Translations under genes and position numbers: made by a program
The notes under the pieces: generated by a model
What the model was told of the DNA's origin: nothing
What the model saw: only the letters and a program-made list of their open reading frames with translations
Databases searched by the model: none
In this document: positions 48,108 through 56,067 of the stretch, one piece after another
Layout of the letters: each line of letters starts with the position of its first letter
Numbering within the stretch: position 1 is the first letter of the stretch
NCBI GenBank assembly: GCA_022842845.1
Contig: JALHOT010000006.1
Span: 110,526-174,525, forward strand
DNA: 64,000 bases
Reading direction: 5' to 3'
From: Cyclobacteriaceae bacterium
GTDB taxonomy: Bacteria; Bacteroidota; Bacteroidia; Cytophagales; Cyclobacteriaceae

Positions 48108-48668
48108 TTGTATTCTTTTAACGAAGCACTGAATAGCTTGTCGCTTATGGATATGAAAGAAATTGTTAAGCAGTTTTTACAATCGGAAAAACAGCTATCT
48201 GACAAACAATTACTCTGGCAAGAGAAAACCCGACCACTGATCAAATCGGTGCTGGAAAAAATTAAGAATCAACTCATGCTCGACATAGAGGTAGAAGAAG
48301 ATGATTCAGTGGTAAATCATGAAAGCATCTATTTGTCATTTGGTAAAAAGCCCAGCGGACTGTATGACAACAAAGAAAACTTCTTCAATGAGCAAGCCAG
48401 CCTCAATGGCTTTATCACTAAGAACGGAGCAGAACTCTTTTACTCCATTGGCTACCGGGGCGAGGTCATTGTCTGGATGTCTTATCCCTTTGTAGAAGGG
48501 GTGATTGAGGAAGAAGAGAAGTTACATAAAATTCGTGTTGCCGAGCAGGAAAATATCGATCAGGCAAGCATAGAAGAAGACATCCAGTACTTTCTCACCC
48601 ATGTTACGCATTGGAATCTCGGTAAAATCGGGCAGGAAAAGATTGGGTTCAGAATTAACGGACAATAA
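48108..48668 (+). CDS. Hypothetical protein (start may be MDMKE, slightly downstream)
   Basis: 186-aa ORF with protein-like composition following the kinase. Confidence 0.65.
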   Translation: MYSFNEALNSLSLMDMKEIVKQFLQSEKQLSDKQLLWQEKTRPLIKSVLEKIKNQLMLDIEVEEDDSVVNHESIYLSFGKKPSGLYDNKENFFNEQASLNGFITKNGAELFYSIGYRGEVIVWMSYPFVEGVIEEEEKLHKIRVAEQENIDQASIEEDIQYFLTHVTHWNLGKIGQEKIGFRINGQ

Positions 48669-48934
48669 ATCTTTTTTAAAAAATCACTCGTACTGGCAGA
48701 TTGGTTTATGTTTCTGTTTTAAAGCAAAACGATAAAACTATAGGCTACCCTTTATACTTGTTGAATAAAAAAGTGAAAAAGGAAATCAATCAAGATCAAA
48801 GCAGCAACGAGATGCTACAGGCAGCGATAAAATATTAGTTACGTTAATGGTAGCGTACGTAAAGCGTTTGAGAAACTCCAGACAGGATAAAGCCAACTTC
48901 TACATGGCGCGGCTTATGGCGAGATTGGCTGTTG

Positions 48935-49138
48935 TTATTGTGATAGCTTCAATTGCAGAGCCAGGATCATACACTGTGTTTTTAAGTGATGCTCTGTGTT
49001 CACAGGGGCATTGCTTAACCACTGTTGTAACCACTGGCGGTGGCTTACATTTTTTTGATTATTAACACTTACTTCTGTGTCTAGAGAAATTGAATTAAAT
49101 TCTTGTGCAGAAGATACTGAGGAATTTTTGTGCGCCAT
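48935..49138 (-). CDS. Small hypothetical protein (67 aa)
   Basis: ATG start with the best copy of the 16-bp motif 52 bp upstream; no homology recognised. Confidence 0.4.
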   Translation of the reverse strand: MAHKNSSVSSAQEFNSISLDTEVSVNNQKNVSHRQWLQQWLSNAPVNTEHHLKTQCMILALQLKLSQ

Positions 49139-49189
49139 GTAGCCTTATTTAAGTAAACAAATTTATCCCGAATTCTCGGGTGAAATACT

Positions 49190-49205
49190 TACGTAGTTCT
49201 ACAGA
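49190..49205. promoter_or_regulatory. 16-bp operator, copy 5 (TACGTAGTTCTACAGA)
   Basis: Reverse complement TCTGTAGAACTACGTA differs from copy 1 at one position. Confidence 0.7.
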
Positions 49206-49387
49206 TATACGGATTGTAAGAAAAGCTTGATTTTCAATCAATATTGAGCGCATCAAGGGCCCTCAAAATACCTTTTCATTGAAATTGAAGCGATTTAGAC
49301 CATTTTAAAGCCAAGTATGCCCCTTTCTGTCGGATGTTAAAAGTAATGTTTCGAAGAAATTGTCAAGCTCAACTACGTAGAAAGCAT

Positions 49388-49552
49388 CAAATCCTGACGA
49401 AGCTGTAGAGGAAGGCTGCCTCCAATAGAGCTATGGTACTTACCGGTAAGGCTCAAAGCCTAGTAGGTGTTGTGCTTAGTATGAAGTGTTGAGCGCTCAC
49501 TTGTTGCTGTGCAGCCCCTATTGTGTGATGAATAGATGGCTTAATCAGGGAC
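49388..49552 (+). ncRNA. ssrS: Probable 6S RNA (6S-Flavo-like)
   Basis: Long-range pairing: CCTGA/TCAGG and AAGCTGT/ATGGCTT closing stems, purine-rich central bubble, GGCTGC/GCAGCC inner stem; about 165 nt, intergenic. Resemblance to Bacteroidota 6S RNA is from memory; no covariance search was run. Confidence 0.65.
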
Positions 49553-49599
49553 AAACCATCTTCTTGCAAGCAAGTATGGAACCGAATTCCCCCGAAGAA

Positions 49600-49620
49600 G
49601 CGCAAGCGTTACGCTTGTGC
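49600..49620. repeat. REP-like palindrome GCGCAAGCG-TTA-CGCTTGTGC
   Basis: Near-perfect hairpin; related copies at 49707 and 51086. Confidence 0.7.
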
Positions 49621-49706
49621 CGTGAATGATAGGAGCAATGAAATAATGTAGTTTTGATTGTAAATGACTAGAATGAAGTCGGTGGGAAAAATAGTTAGAT
49701 TAGGAA

Positions 49707-49727
49707 GCACAAGCGTGACGTTTGCAC
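49707..49727. repeat. REP-like palindrome GCACAAGCG-TGA-CGTTTGCAC
   Basis: Degenerate inverted copy of the 49600 element. Confidence 0.6.
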
Positions 49728-49746
49728 TTGGTGGGGAGTTAGGGGA

Positions 49747-51081
49747 TCATAATCTCACTACAACACCTGCTGAAAATAATAAGGAAGAAATGGGTTGAAT
49801 AAAAACATCACTCACTTGGTTAACAAACACAGTTGCATTCGTAATCTTTTTTGAAAACTCTATTCTAAGGTTTGCCCTAAAGAAGTCCACGTTTGATGTT
49901 AAGTAGATTCTCTCGTTCAAATATGCCCGTAGTCCTAAACCCGTTGTATAAGTAAATGAGCGGGCAGGGGCATTTTCGTATTCTATCCTATACTTATATG
50001 TTTTGTTAATAGCAATTCCGTGAATCACATGATATTTAGAACTTAGCCGCATTGCTCCACCCATAATCTTCCATTCAGCAAGTAATTTATTGGTTAGTTT
50101 AAATGACCGAAAGCAACCCAAATTCAAACTGAAAGCATTCCAATCCTCACCTTTTCCAGACCAACTGCTACTCCGATCAAAGCGATGATTCTCTGCCGCA
50201 GCGTTAATATTATAACCAAAATTGCTAAACCTAAGGTTTGCAATAAATCCGAATTTATTTTCGGCAGCCCTTTGCGAGTAGATTGCTTCAAAATGAAATC
50301 CAGCTCTGGCATAACCTGATTTATCACTAACTGCGGTACTGGCAAACTTACCGATAGGCATGTTTATCCCTGTGTTGAATGCTAGCTTCTTTCCAGACCA
50401 ATCTTCTACCACAATTTCTTGTTTAAGTTTCGGCTGGATTCCGCTTTCTACGCATAAGTTATATGCCTTGAAGTACTTTATGAGTGGATCAGCCTCGTAG
50501 GATATATTCAAGTGATCGCTACTTCCTTGACAATTTACTTGCGATTGCAATTGCATCAGGTAAGACTTATTGAATGCAGTTTGGTTTGAATTGACAATAA
50601 ACTTCTTGTATATAAGTTGTTGGGGAGCATTATTGTCAATGCTGAAAAAAAATCTTCTGTTCGATATGTCGAAATACGAATATAAGGTTCCTTTTCCTTC
50701 AACCAGTACTTTGAGAAACAATTCCTCCGAACTCCATACAGGCTGGCGATTTGAAGTTATCTGATTGAGGTTATCACCTGATCTGTCAATTTGAATTCTC
50801 ATGGCGATAAATCTCTCCCTGTTTTCAATGACAAATTCCTTGATAGAATCAATTGTCCCAATTTCAATCGGGGATTCCTCCGTGATTTTGTAATGTAAAT
50901 TTGTCGGGTTATAAATGCCTTTCTGAGTTTTGATAAGACAATCAATCCTTTTGCCATTCCGTTTAATGATGTAACCTCTCTCATATGCATTTTGAGCATT
51001 GACAAAGAATGGAATAAATAAAATGGCAATTAAAGTTCTATTAAAAAAACGTATGTTCATTTTGTTAATGCGTGAAAACAA
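49747..51081 (-). CDS. Exported/outer-membrane beta-barrel-like hypothetical protein
   Basis: Signal peptide, GYIIKRNGKRIDCLI N-terminal domain, C-terminal amphipathic beta strands ending FSAGVVVRL (likely start MNIRFF). Confidence 0.65.
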   Translation of the reverse strand: MFSRINKMNIRFFNRTLIAILFIPFFVNAQNAYERGYIIKRNGKRIDCLIKTQKGIYNPTNLHYKITEESPIEIGTIDSIKEFVIENRERFIAMRIQIDRSGDNLNQITSNRQPVWSSEELFLKVLVEGKGTLYSYFDISNRRFFFSIDNNAPQQLIYKKFIVNSNQTAFNKSYLMQLQSQVNCQGSSDHLNISYEADPLIKYFKAYNLCVESGIQPKLKQEIVVEDWSGKKLAFNTGINMPIGKFASTAVSDKSGYARAGFHFEAIYSQRAAENKFGFIANLRFSNFGYNINAAAENHRFDRSSSWSGKGEDWNAFSLNLGCFRSFKLTNKLLAEWKIMGGAMRLSSKYHVIHGIAINKTYKYRIEYENAPARSFTYTTGLGLRAYLNERIYLTSNVDFFRANLRIEFSKKITNATVFVNQVSDVFIQPISSLLFSAGVVVRL

Positions 51082-51085
51082 AAAA

Positions 51086-51107
51086 GGTCCAAGCGGACGC
51101 TTGAACC
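51086..51107. repeat. REP-like palindrome GGTCCAAGCG-GA-CGCTTGAACC
   Basis: Shares the CAAGCG/CGCTTG core with the 49600 and 49707 hairpins. Confidence 0.55.
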
Positions 51108-51246
51108 GGTTATTTCTTTATGTATGCTTACAAGTGTAGTCAAAAAAATTCATTAATCATTTCCTTTGATAAAAAGTCACCAATATGTTCACCTACACTT
51201 TTTACAGTAATTCAAGCTGTAATTAGGTTCCGACAACCCCTACTCG

Positions 51247-51265
51247 TCCTCGTTTGCAACGAGGA
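51247..51265. repeat. Palindrome TCCTCGTT-TGC-AACGAGGA (second REP-like family)
   Basis: Perfect 8-bp inverted repeat. Confidence 0.55.
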
Positions 51266-51389
51266 TTATCGAGAAATGTGTTTGTTACACAACTATACAA
51301 TAACATACTACAAAGTCTTCTCAAATAATTTTATTGCTATAAATTCGCTGATCTCCCGCATCCTAATGGGTTGCTACACATAAAAATAA

Positions 51390-51422
51390 AAAACCCTTAA
51401 ATCATTTCTAATTCAAGGGTTT
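51390..51422 (-). terminator. Hairpin directly downstream of the tRNA 3' fragment
   Basis: AAACCCTT...AAGGGTTT inverted repeat followed by a T-tract on the minus strand. Confidence 0.55.
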
Positions 51423-51424
51423 CA

Positions 51425-51446
51425 GAGGTTCCGAGCGGATTCGAAC
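51425..51446 (-). mobile_element. Attachment site: 22-bp 3'-end fragment of tRNA-Cys
   Basis: Minus strand GTTCGAATCCGCTCGGAACCTC gives the T-loop, T-stem 3' arm, acceptor 3' strand CGGAACC and discriminator U. There is no anticodon or D-arm upstream, so it is a fragment; it lies 165 bp from the integrase. Confidence 0.8.
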
Positions 51447-51565
51447 TATAATTACTACACTTAATCATACTTTACTTAAAAACCTCTTTTCAATTAAATA
51501 AATGCGCTTTTGGAGCATTATTTAGTAATTTAAGTAAAGTTTAGTAAAGCCAAATAAAGAAGTTT

Positions 51566-51585
51566 GTTACACATTTCGTTACACA
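51566..51585 (+). repeat. Tandem GTTACACA direct repeats (putative integrase arm sites)
   Basis: GTTACACA at 51566-51573 and 51578-51585, between att and the integrase ATG. Confidence 0.6.
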
Positions 51586-51610
51586 CTATTTTTGGTAAAC
51601 CCTTCAAGAA

Positions 51611-52876
51611 ATGAATATTCAGTTTAAGCTTAGGCGCTCTGGAAAACTCGACCCAAAAATCATCTTGTTTCTTTTTGACCCCAGATTTAAGGATAGAAAG
51701 TTTGTCTATTCAACATCACTTTCAATTGAGGAAAAGGACTGGGATAAAAGGAGAAGTCGACCTAAGCAGATTCCTGGCAGTCGAAATGAATACGACATAA
51801 TTAACATCAATAAGCGACTTGATCTAATCGCTGAAAAAGTTAAAGAGTATCTGAGTAAAAGATATGATGAAGTTCGATTAAGTAAACCAGATCTTAATGC
51901 ATTCTTAGCAAAGACATTGGAGGGAGAATCAACCTCAAAGAGTGAAGATTCCACCTTCTATACTATTTGGGAGAACTTGATTTCTACTACGAAAAATCCT
52001 AAAACGGGAAGTCCAATAACGCGAGGTACTATTAGATCCAAAAGGCAAACTCTTGAATTACTAAAAGAATATTTCAAAGCTAAAAAGAAGGATGCCTCCT
52101 TTACTTTACTTGATATAGAATTCTATCATTCATTTGATGAGTTCATGCGAAAAAAAGAACTAAATGATAATACAAGAGGAAAGCATTTTAAAGAAATAAA
52201 AGCAATTTTAAGAGAAGCAGAAGACCGTGACATTCCAGTAAACAGGGCTTATCTAAAAAAGAGTTTTAAAGTTATTCGCTCCAACCCAGACAATGTGTAT
52301 TTGAATGAAGACGAAATAAGAAAAATATATAAACTTGAGCTAACCCCAGGCCAGTCTAGGCAAAGAGATCTATTTGTTATGGCATGTTACGTGGGGGCAC
52401 GCCATAGTGATTGGAGCCAGATCAATAAAGGCAACATTGTAAAAGAAGGAGGTAAAGAGATGCTTCGAATTAAACAGACTAAGACTGGGGATATTACTCA
52501 TATCCCCATTCATTCAGCCGTAAATGCAATATTGAATAAGTATAACGGGTTCCCACCTAAAGTAATAGCCAATCAAAAGTTCAATGAGGCTCTAAAAACA
52601 ATTTGTAGAAAAGCTGAGTTAGGCGTTGTGAAAATTGGGAATGATCTAGTTGAAAAGTCAGAAATGATCACTACGCATACAGCCAGAAGATCTTTTGCTA
52701 CAAATGCATACTTATCTAGGTCTATGGACGTATATCAAATTATGAAGTGTACCGGACATAAATCCGAATCATCATTCCTTCGATACCTAAAGTTAGATGG
52801 TAAAGACTATGCTATACAAGCTGCCGATTCAAAGTTTTTTAAGGATGATTCTTGGGCAATTCTAAAGATAGCATAG
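51611..52876 (+). CDS. Tyrosine recombinase/integrase (Bacteroidota phage-integrase type)
   Basis: Catalytic R (YVGARHSD), K (KTG), HxxR (HTARRSFAT), H/Y (GHKSESSFLRY); N-terminal arm-binding and SAM-like regions. Confidence 0.95.
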   Translation: MNIQFKLRRSGKLDPKIILFLFDPRFKDRKFVYSTSLSIEEKDWDKRRSRPKQIPGSRNEYDIININKRLDLIAEKVKEYLSKRYDEVRLSKPDLNAFLAKTLEGESTSKSEDSTFYTIWENLISTTKNPKTGSPITRGTIRSKRQTLELLKEYFKAKKKDASFTLLDIEFYHSFDEFMRKKELNDNTRGKHFKEIKAILREAEDRDIPVNRAYLKKSFKVIRSNPDNVYLNEDEIRKIYKLELTPGQSRQRDLFVMACYVGARHSDWSQINKGNIVKEGGKEMLRIKQTKTGDITHIPIHSAVNAILNKYNGFPPKVIANQKFNEALKTICRKAELGVVKIGNDLVEKSEMITTHTARRSFATNAYLSRSMDVYQIMKCTGHKSESSFLRYLKLDGKDYAIQAADSKFFKDDSWAILKIA

Positions 52877-52897
52877 CAAATTTTTAATATTAGAATT

Positions 52898-53452
52898 ATG
52901 GATAATAAAAATGAATACAAAGATTTATTTTTCAGTGCCCTAGAATTTACAAAAGCCTTAGGACTAAATCCAAGCAATCCGGCTAGGTATTCCGCCCTAA
53001 GTCAAAAAGAAGTCACTCTCGAAGAATTAGAAAGGATCAAAAATACATTGAGATTTTTTTGCGAAAAAAATGAGATTTCGCCAAAGGATAACTGTATCAA
53101 AATTAACCTTCTTTTAAAAGAAATAGTTGAAGATATAATACAGATACCATTGCTATTTGTTACAGGTAATTACTACATATATGATCCATACTCCCTTGAA
53201 TTTATAAACCAATACAGCTTTGACCAACAATCTGCAAAAAGCCACCTAGAAAATAATCCAGAACCAAACAGCAAAATGAAATTTCATTGTTGGTTATCAA
53301 CATACCAACATTTTATTATAGATCTTACAATTAAGGCAGATCTGGATTTGGATATTCTTTTTTGTGCAGGTACCATGCCTAATTTAAGATACATACCAAT
53401 AGTAATAGGAGAGGAATACATTGATAAAATTGGAGGAGTGAAACATGCTTAA
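52898..53452 (+). CDS. Hypothetical protein, possible papain/transglutaminase-like fold
   Basis: Cys (DNCIKIN), His (FHCWL) and Asp (IIDLT) in the order and spacing of a C-H-D triad. Confidence 0.5.
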   Translation: MDNKNEYKDLFFSALEFTKALGLNPSNPARYSALSQKEVTLEELERIKNTLRFFCEKNEISPKDNCIKINLLLKEIVEDIIQIPLLFVTGNYYIYDPYSLEFINQYSFDQQSAKSHLENNPEPNSKMKFHCWLSTYQHFIIDLTIKADLDLDILFCAGTMPNLRYIPIVIGEEYIDKIGGVKHA

Positions 53453-53678
53453 GATTTAATTGGTCTCTCAAGGAATAACTAGTATTTTCAATTAAGCTCC
53501 TAGGCAGCCAATCTGCATATAATTACATAATTAAAAAGGACATTCATTTTGGTGCGAAATCAGGGGGATACAAAACGCAGAATCTCCACGATTGCAAAAA
53601 CTGAAAATTTGTTACTCCAAAGTCAATGGATGAAGATTTCTATCATTATTATAATCGATGTATTTAAATTTCTGCAAA

Positions 53679-55079
53679 TTATTCCCCCAACCATCTATAT
53701 GCTCTTCTGAACCCTCTTCTTTCTGCTTCATTCACTTTTTTAGCATAAAATTCACCGCTTTCAAAATCGATTTTTGTTTTGTCATATTGCTGGTCAAAAG
53801 GTAAGTGATAAATCTTCTCTTTGGTGGCAGGGTTTATATTACATTTTATGCAAGGATATCCAAAATCTAATTCAATCCCCTCTTTAACTTTAATATTCAG
53901 AGTTTTACTAAATTCCCGGGCTATATCTGACAAGACTGTTGATGTCACTATTGTTCCAATTATTTTACCACTGTTGTAATCTTCTAAAAAGGAATGTAAA
54001 TTACATTCCTTACTCCCTGAAAAATCCATGTAGTGTTTAACAGTTGTGCCGAATAATTGGTTTATATGGTTTTCTCTAATCGGAATTTTTTTTGCCTTTG
54101 ACCAATATTTACACTGAATGACTTCTGTAATATTATCTTTAGTGCAAACTAGATCCCTACCAAGATCTTCTAAGCCTTTTTCAATTCCAAAGTATTGAAC
54201 CTTATAACCTTCCCTTTCATATAAATAGCCGATGTACCGCTCATAATCACGTCCAATTTGCCATGGTGATTTATTGCTAGACCAATAACGATCAAGTGCT
54301 TTCTGATTACGTTCCGTTTGGTTTAGTTTAAGATATTCACCTTTTTGAATATAATTTAAAACAGGATCTTCATTTTCTTCAAGTTCCTTTTCAGAGTATA
54401 ATGCTTCTAATAGTTGATCAGAATTAATTCCAATGTATTCGGAAAGCCAAGGAAATAAAGACTCATAGTATTTAATAGTGTATTTCATTATTAAGTACTC
54501 TTTCTTAAAGAGAGCTTTTTCCTTTGTGATTTCCTTAATTCTTTCAGCCTGTTTTAAAGCAGGCCTATTTTTTCTCTCTAAGTAACTGGCATAAATATTA
54601 TCTAAATTTTCGTAGTAGTCTGAAATCGCTTTTGCTAGCCACGGAAAGCCAATTTCCTTTTCTGAAATTATTTTTTGAATATCTTCTTCAATTTTTATAG
54701 GTAATTCTTTACACTTTGTAAGCCTAGCTATACGAAGGTCAATTTCAAACTCTTCATTTATCTTTTTTACCTGCTCCTCATGAATTTTTGTTAAATTTTC
54801 AATCTCATTTTTTTGGCTTTTAATACTGAAATCAAATTCTTCTTTTAGCGAATAATAATCAGATGATAATTTTACATTATCATTTTCTGTGATCGTATTT
54901 TTTCTAGAAATTTCTTCCTTTTCCCTGAGTAAGGTTTGAACCATTATTTGATTTTTGTTAAGAGCCTTTTGAAGATCAGAAATAGTTTTTTCTAATCCAT
55001 TTATTTTTTCCTCCTTCACCTTCAGTAAAGCAGATAGCTCATTTACTTTATTTTTATTGAAAATATCCATTATTCGCAT
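53679..55079 (-). CDS. Mrr-like PD-(D/E)xK restriction endonuclease with an N-terminal coiled coil and a C-terminal IKxNI/IYH ('sunset'/Ada-like) domain
   Basis: GRDYERYIGYLY...GRDLV...IQCKYW nuclease motifs; C-terminal IKCNI...KIYHLP...QYDKTKI...GEF...EAERRGFRRA. Confidence 0.8.
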   Translation of the reverse strand: MRIMDIFNKNKVNELSALLKVKEEKINGLEKTISDLQKALNKNQIMVQTLLREKEEISRKNTITENDNVKLSSDYYSLKEEFDFSIKSQKNEIENLTKIHEEQVKKINEEFEIDLRIARLTKCKELPIKIEEDIQKIISEKEIGFPWLAKAISDYYENLDNIYASYLERKNRPALKQAERIKEITKEKALFKKEYLIMKYTIKYYESLFPWLSEYIGINSDQLLEALYSEKELEENEDPVLNYIQKGEYLKLNQTERNQKALDRYWSSNKSPWQIGRDYERYIGYLYEREGYKVQYFGIEKGLEDLGRDLVCTKDNITEVIQCKYWSKAKKIPIRENHINQLFGTTVKHYMDFSGSKECNLHSFLEDYNSGKIIGTIVTSTVLSDIAREFSKTLNIKVKEGIELDFGYPCIKCNINPATKEKIYHLPFDQQYDKTKIDFESGEFYAKKVNEAERRGFRRAYRWLGE

Positions 55080-55173
55080 TTATCGCATATGCTCGGTTTT
55101 GCAGCGTCACATTTATTCATTGAAACTAATTAAAAAAAGCAATGATGCATAGCAGTTGACTTGCATTAACAAG

Positions 55174-55518
55174 CTATTTATTGAAGGTCTTAACAAATTC
55201 CCTCTCCCTTCTTTTCTCTTCAATGCGGGGTTTAATCAAGTATCTTGCAATAGCGAATATAACTTCATCTCTTTGGAGTATAATTTTTAAAGAGGGCTCG
55301 AGATATTCCTTCATGAATTCAAAGAAGTACTCTTGATCGCTTTTACCTTTTTCTACCTTCAAAAGAGATTCCTTGAAATACTGTTCCCACTTAGGTGAAA
55401 CATGAAAAGTCTTTATTAGGTATTCGAAATAGATCGGAATGTCTGTTACTTCAAAAAGTTGAAGATCTTCCGGTATGATACTTAGGCGTTTCATCCTGGT
55501 CACTAAATTCCTTCCCAT
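55174..55518 (-). CDS. Hypothetical protein
   Basis: 114-aa ORF on the same strand as the nuclease. Confidence 0.6.
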   Translation of the reverse strand: MGRNLVTRMKRLSIIPEDLQLFEVTDIPIYFEYLIKTFHVSPKWEQYFKESLLKVEKGKSDQEYFFEFMKEYLEPSLKIILQRDEVIFAIARYLIKPRIEEKRREREFVKTFNK

Positions 55519-55776
55519 GTCCCAAAGTTGGGATCACCAAAGCATTCAGTCAAATCAGGAATGAACTTTTCTTGACAACTGATGTCGCAAATATGGATTG
55601 AAAGAATTATTTGAATTTTACTGGCTTAGTATTAAAAAGAAAAGAAGGAAAAAAATCCGTTGGAACCTTCAAGCCTTTGCTGACTATTTAGAAAAAGAAT
55701 CCAGGTATTCTTTCGGCCTTGAAATATCATCCGAAAGAAAAAAGTAAATTGGTTATCTTCATAAATAGAATATTAC

Positions 55777-56067
55777 TTGATGCAGGAGCCATTAGAGGGT
55801 TTGGAAGAATGTACCCATTATCATGTTCATTCATGGGCATTAATGGGGTTCCGTTATGTTATTTGTGATAATAAGGGTGACTATTCAATTATAACGCCCT
55901 GCCTCTTTGATATACCTTACGAATTTCTAATTCGATATTCGAATCAATATATAATCCCAATATCCGATGAACAATGTTTTGAAATGGCAGAGGGAGTCGA
56001 TGAGTTTTACTTTTATACGCATCCACTTGAAAGAATTTTAGAATGTGTGTCGATACAGAGCAACTAA
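55777..56067 (+). CDS. Hypothetical protein overlapping the SRAP gene
   Basis: 96-aa ORF whose stop overlaps the SRAP start. Confidence 0.55.
   Translation: MMQEPLEGLEECTHYHVHSWALMGFRYVICDNKGDYSIITPCLFDIPYEFLIRYSNQYIIPISDEQCFEMAEGVDEFYFYTHPLERILECVSIQSN

Noticed and set aside
48847-49065. 72-aa + strand ORF
   Set aside because: It overlaps the minus-strand 67-aa ORF, which has operator support; no motif.
51120-51383. 87-aa ORF between the barrel gene and att
   Set aside because: It runs through a palindrome and arm-like repeats and has no protein-like features.
51380-51500. A complete tRNA gene at the att site
   Set aside because: Only the T-arm and acceptor 3' part is present; the upstream sequence cannot form anticodon or D arms.
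55598-55747. 49-aa basic TTG-start ORF (LKELFEFYWLSIKKKRRKK...)
   Set aside because: It is short, has a non-ATG start and no supporting motif, and could arise by chance in a purine-rich promoter region.
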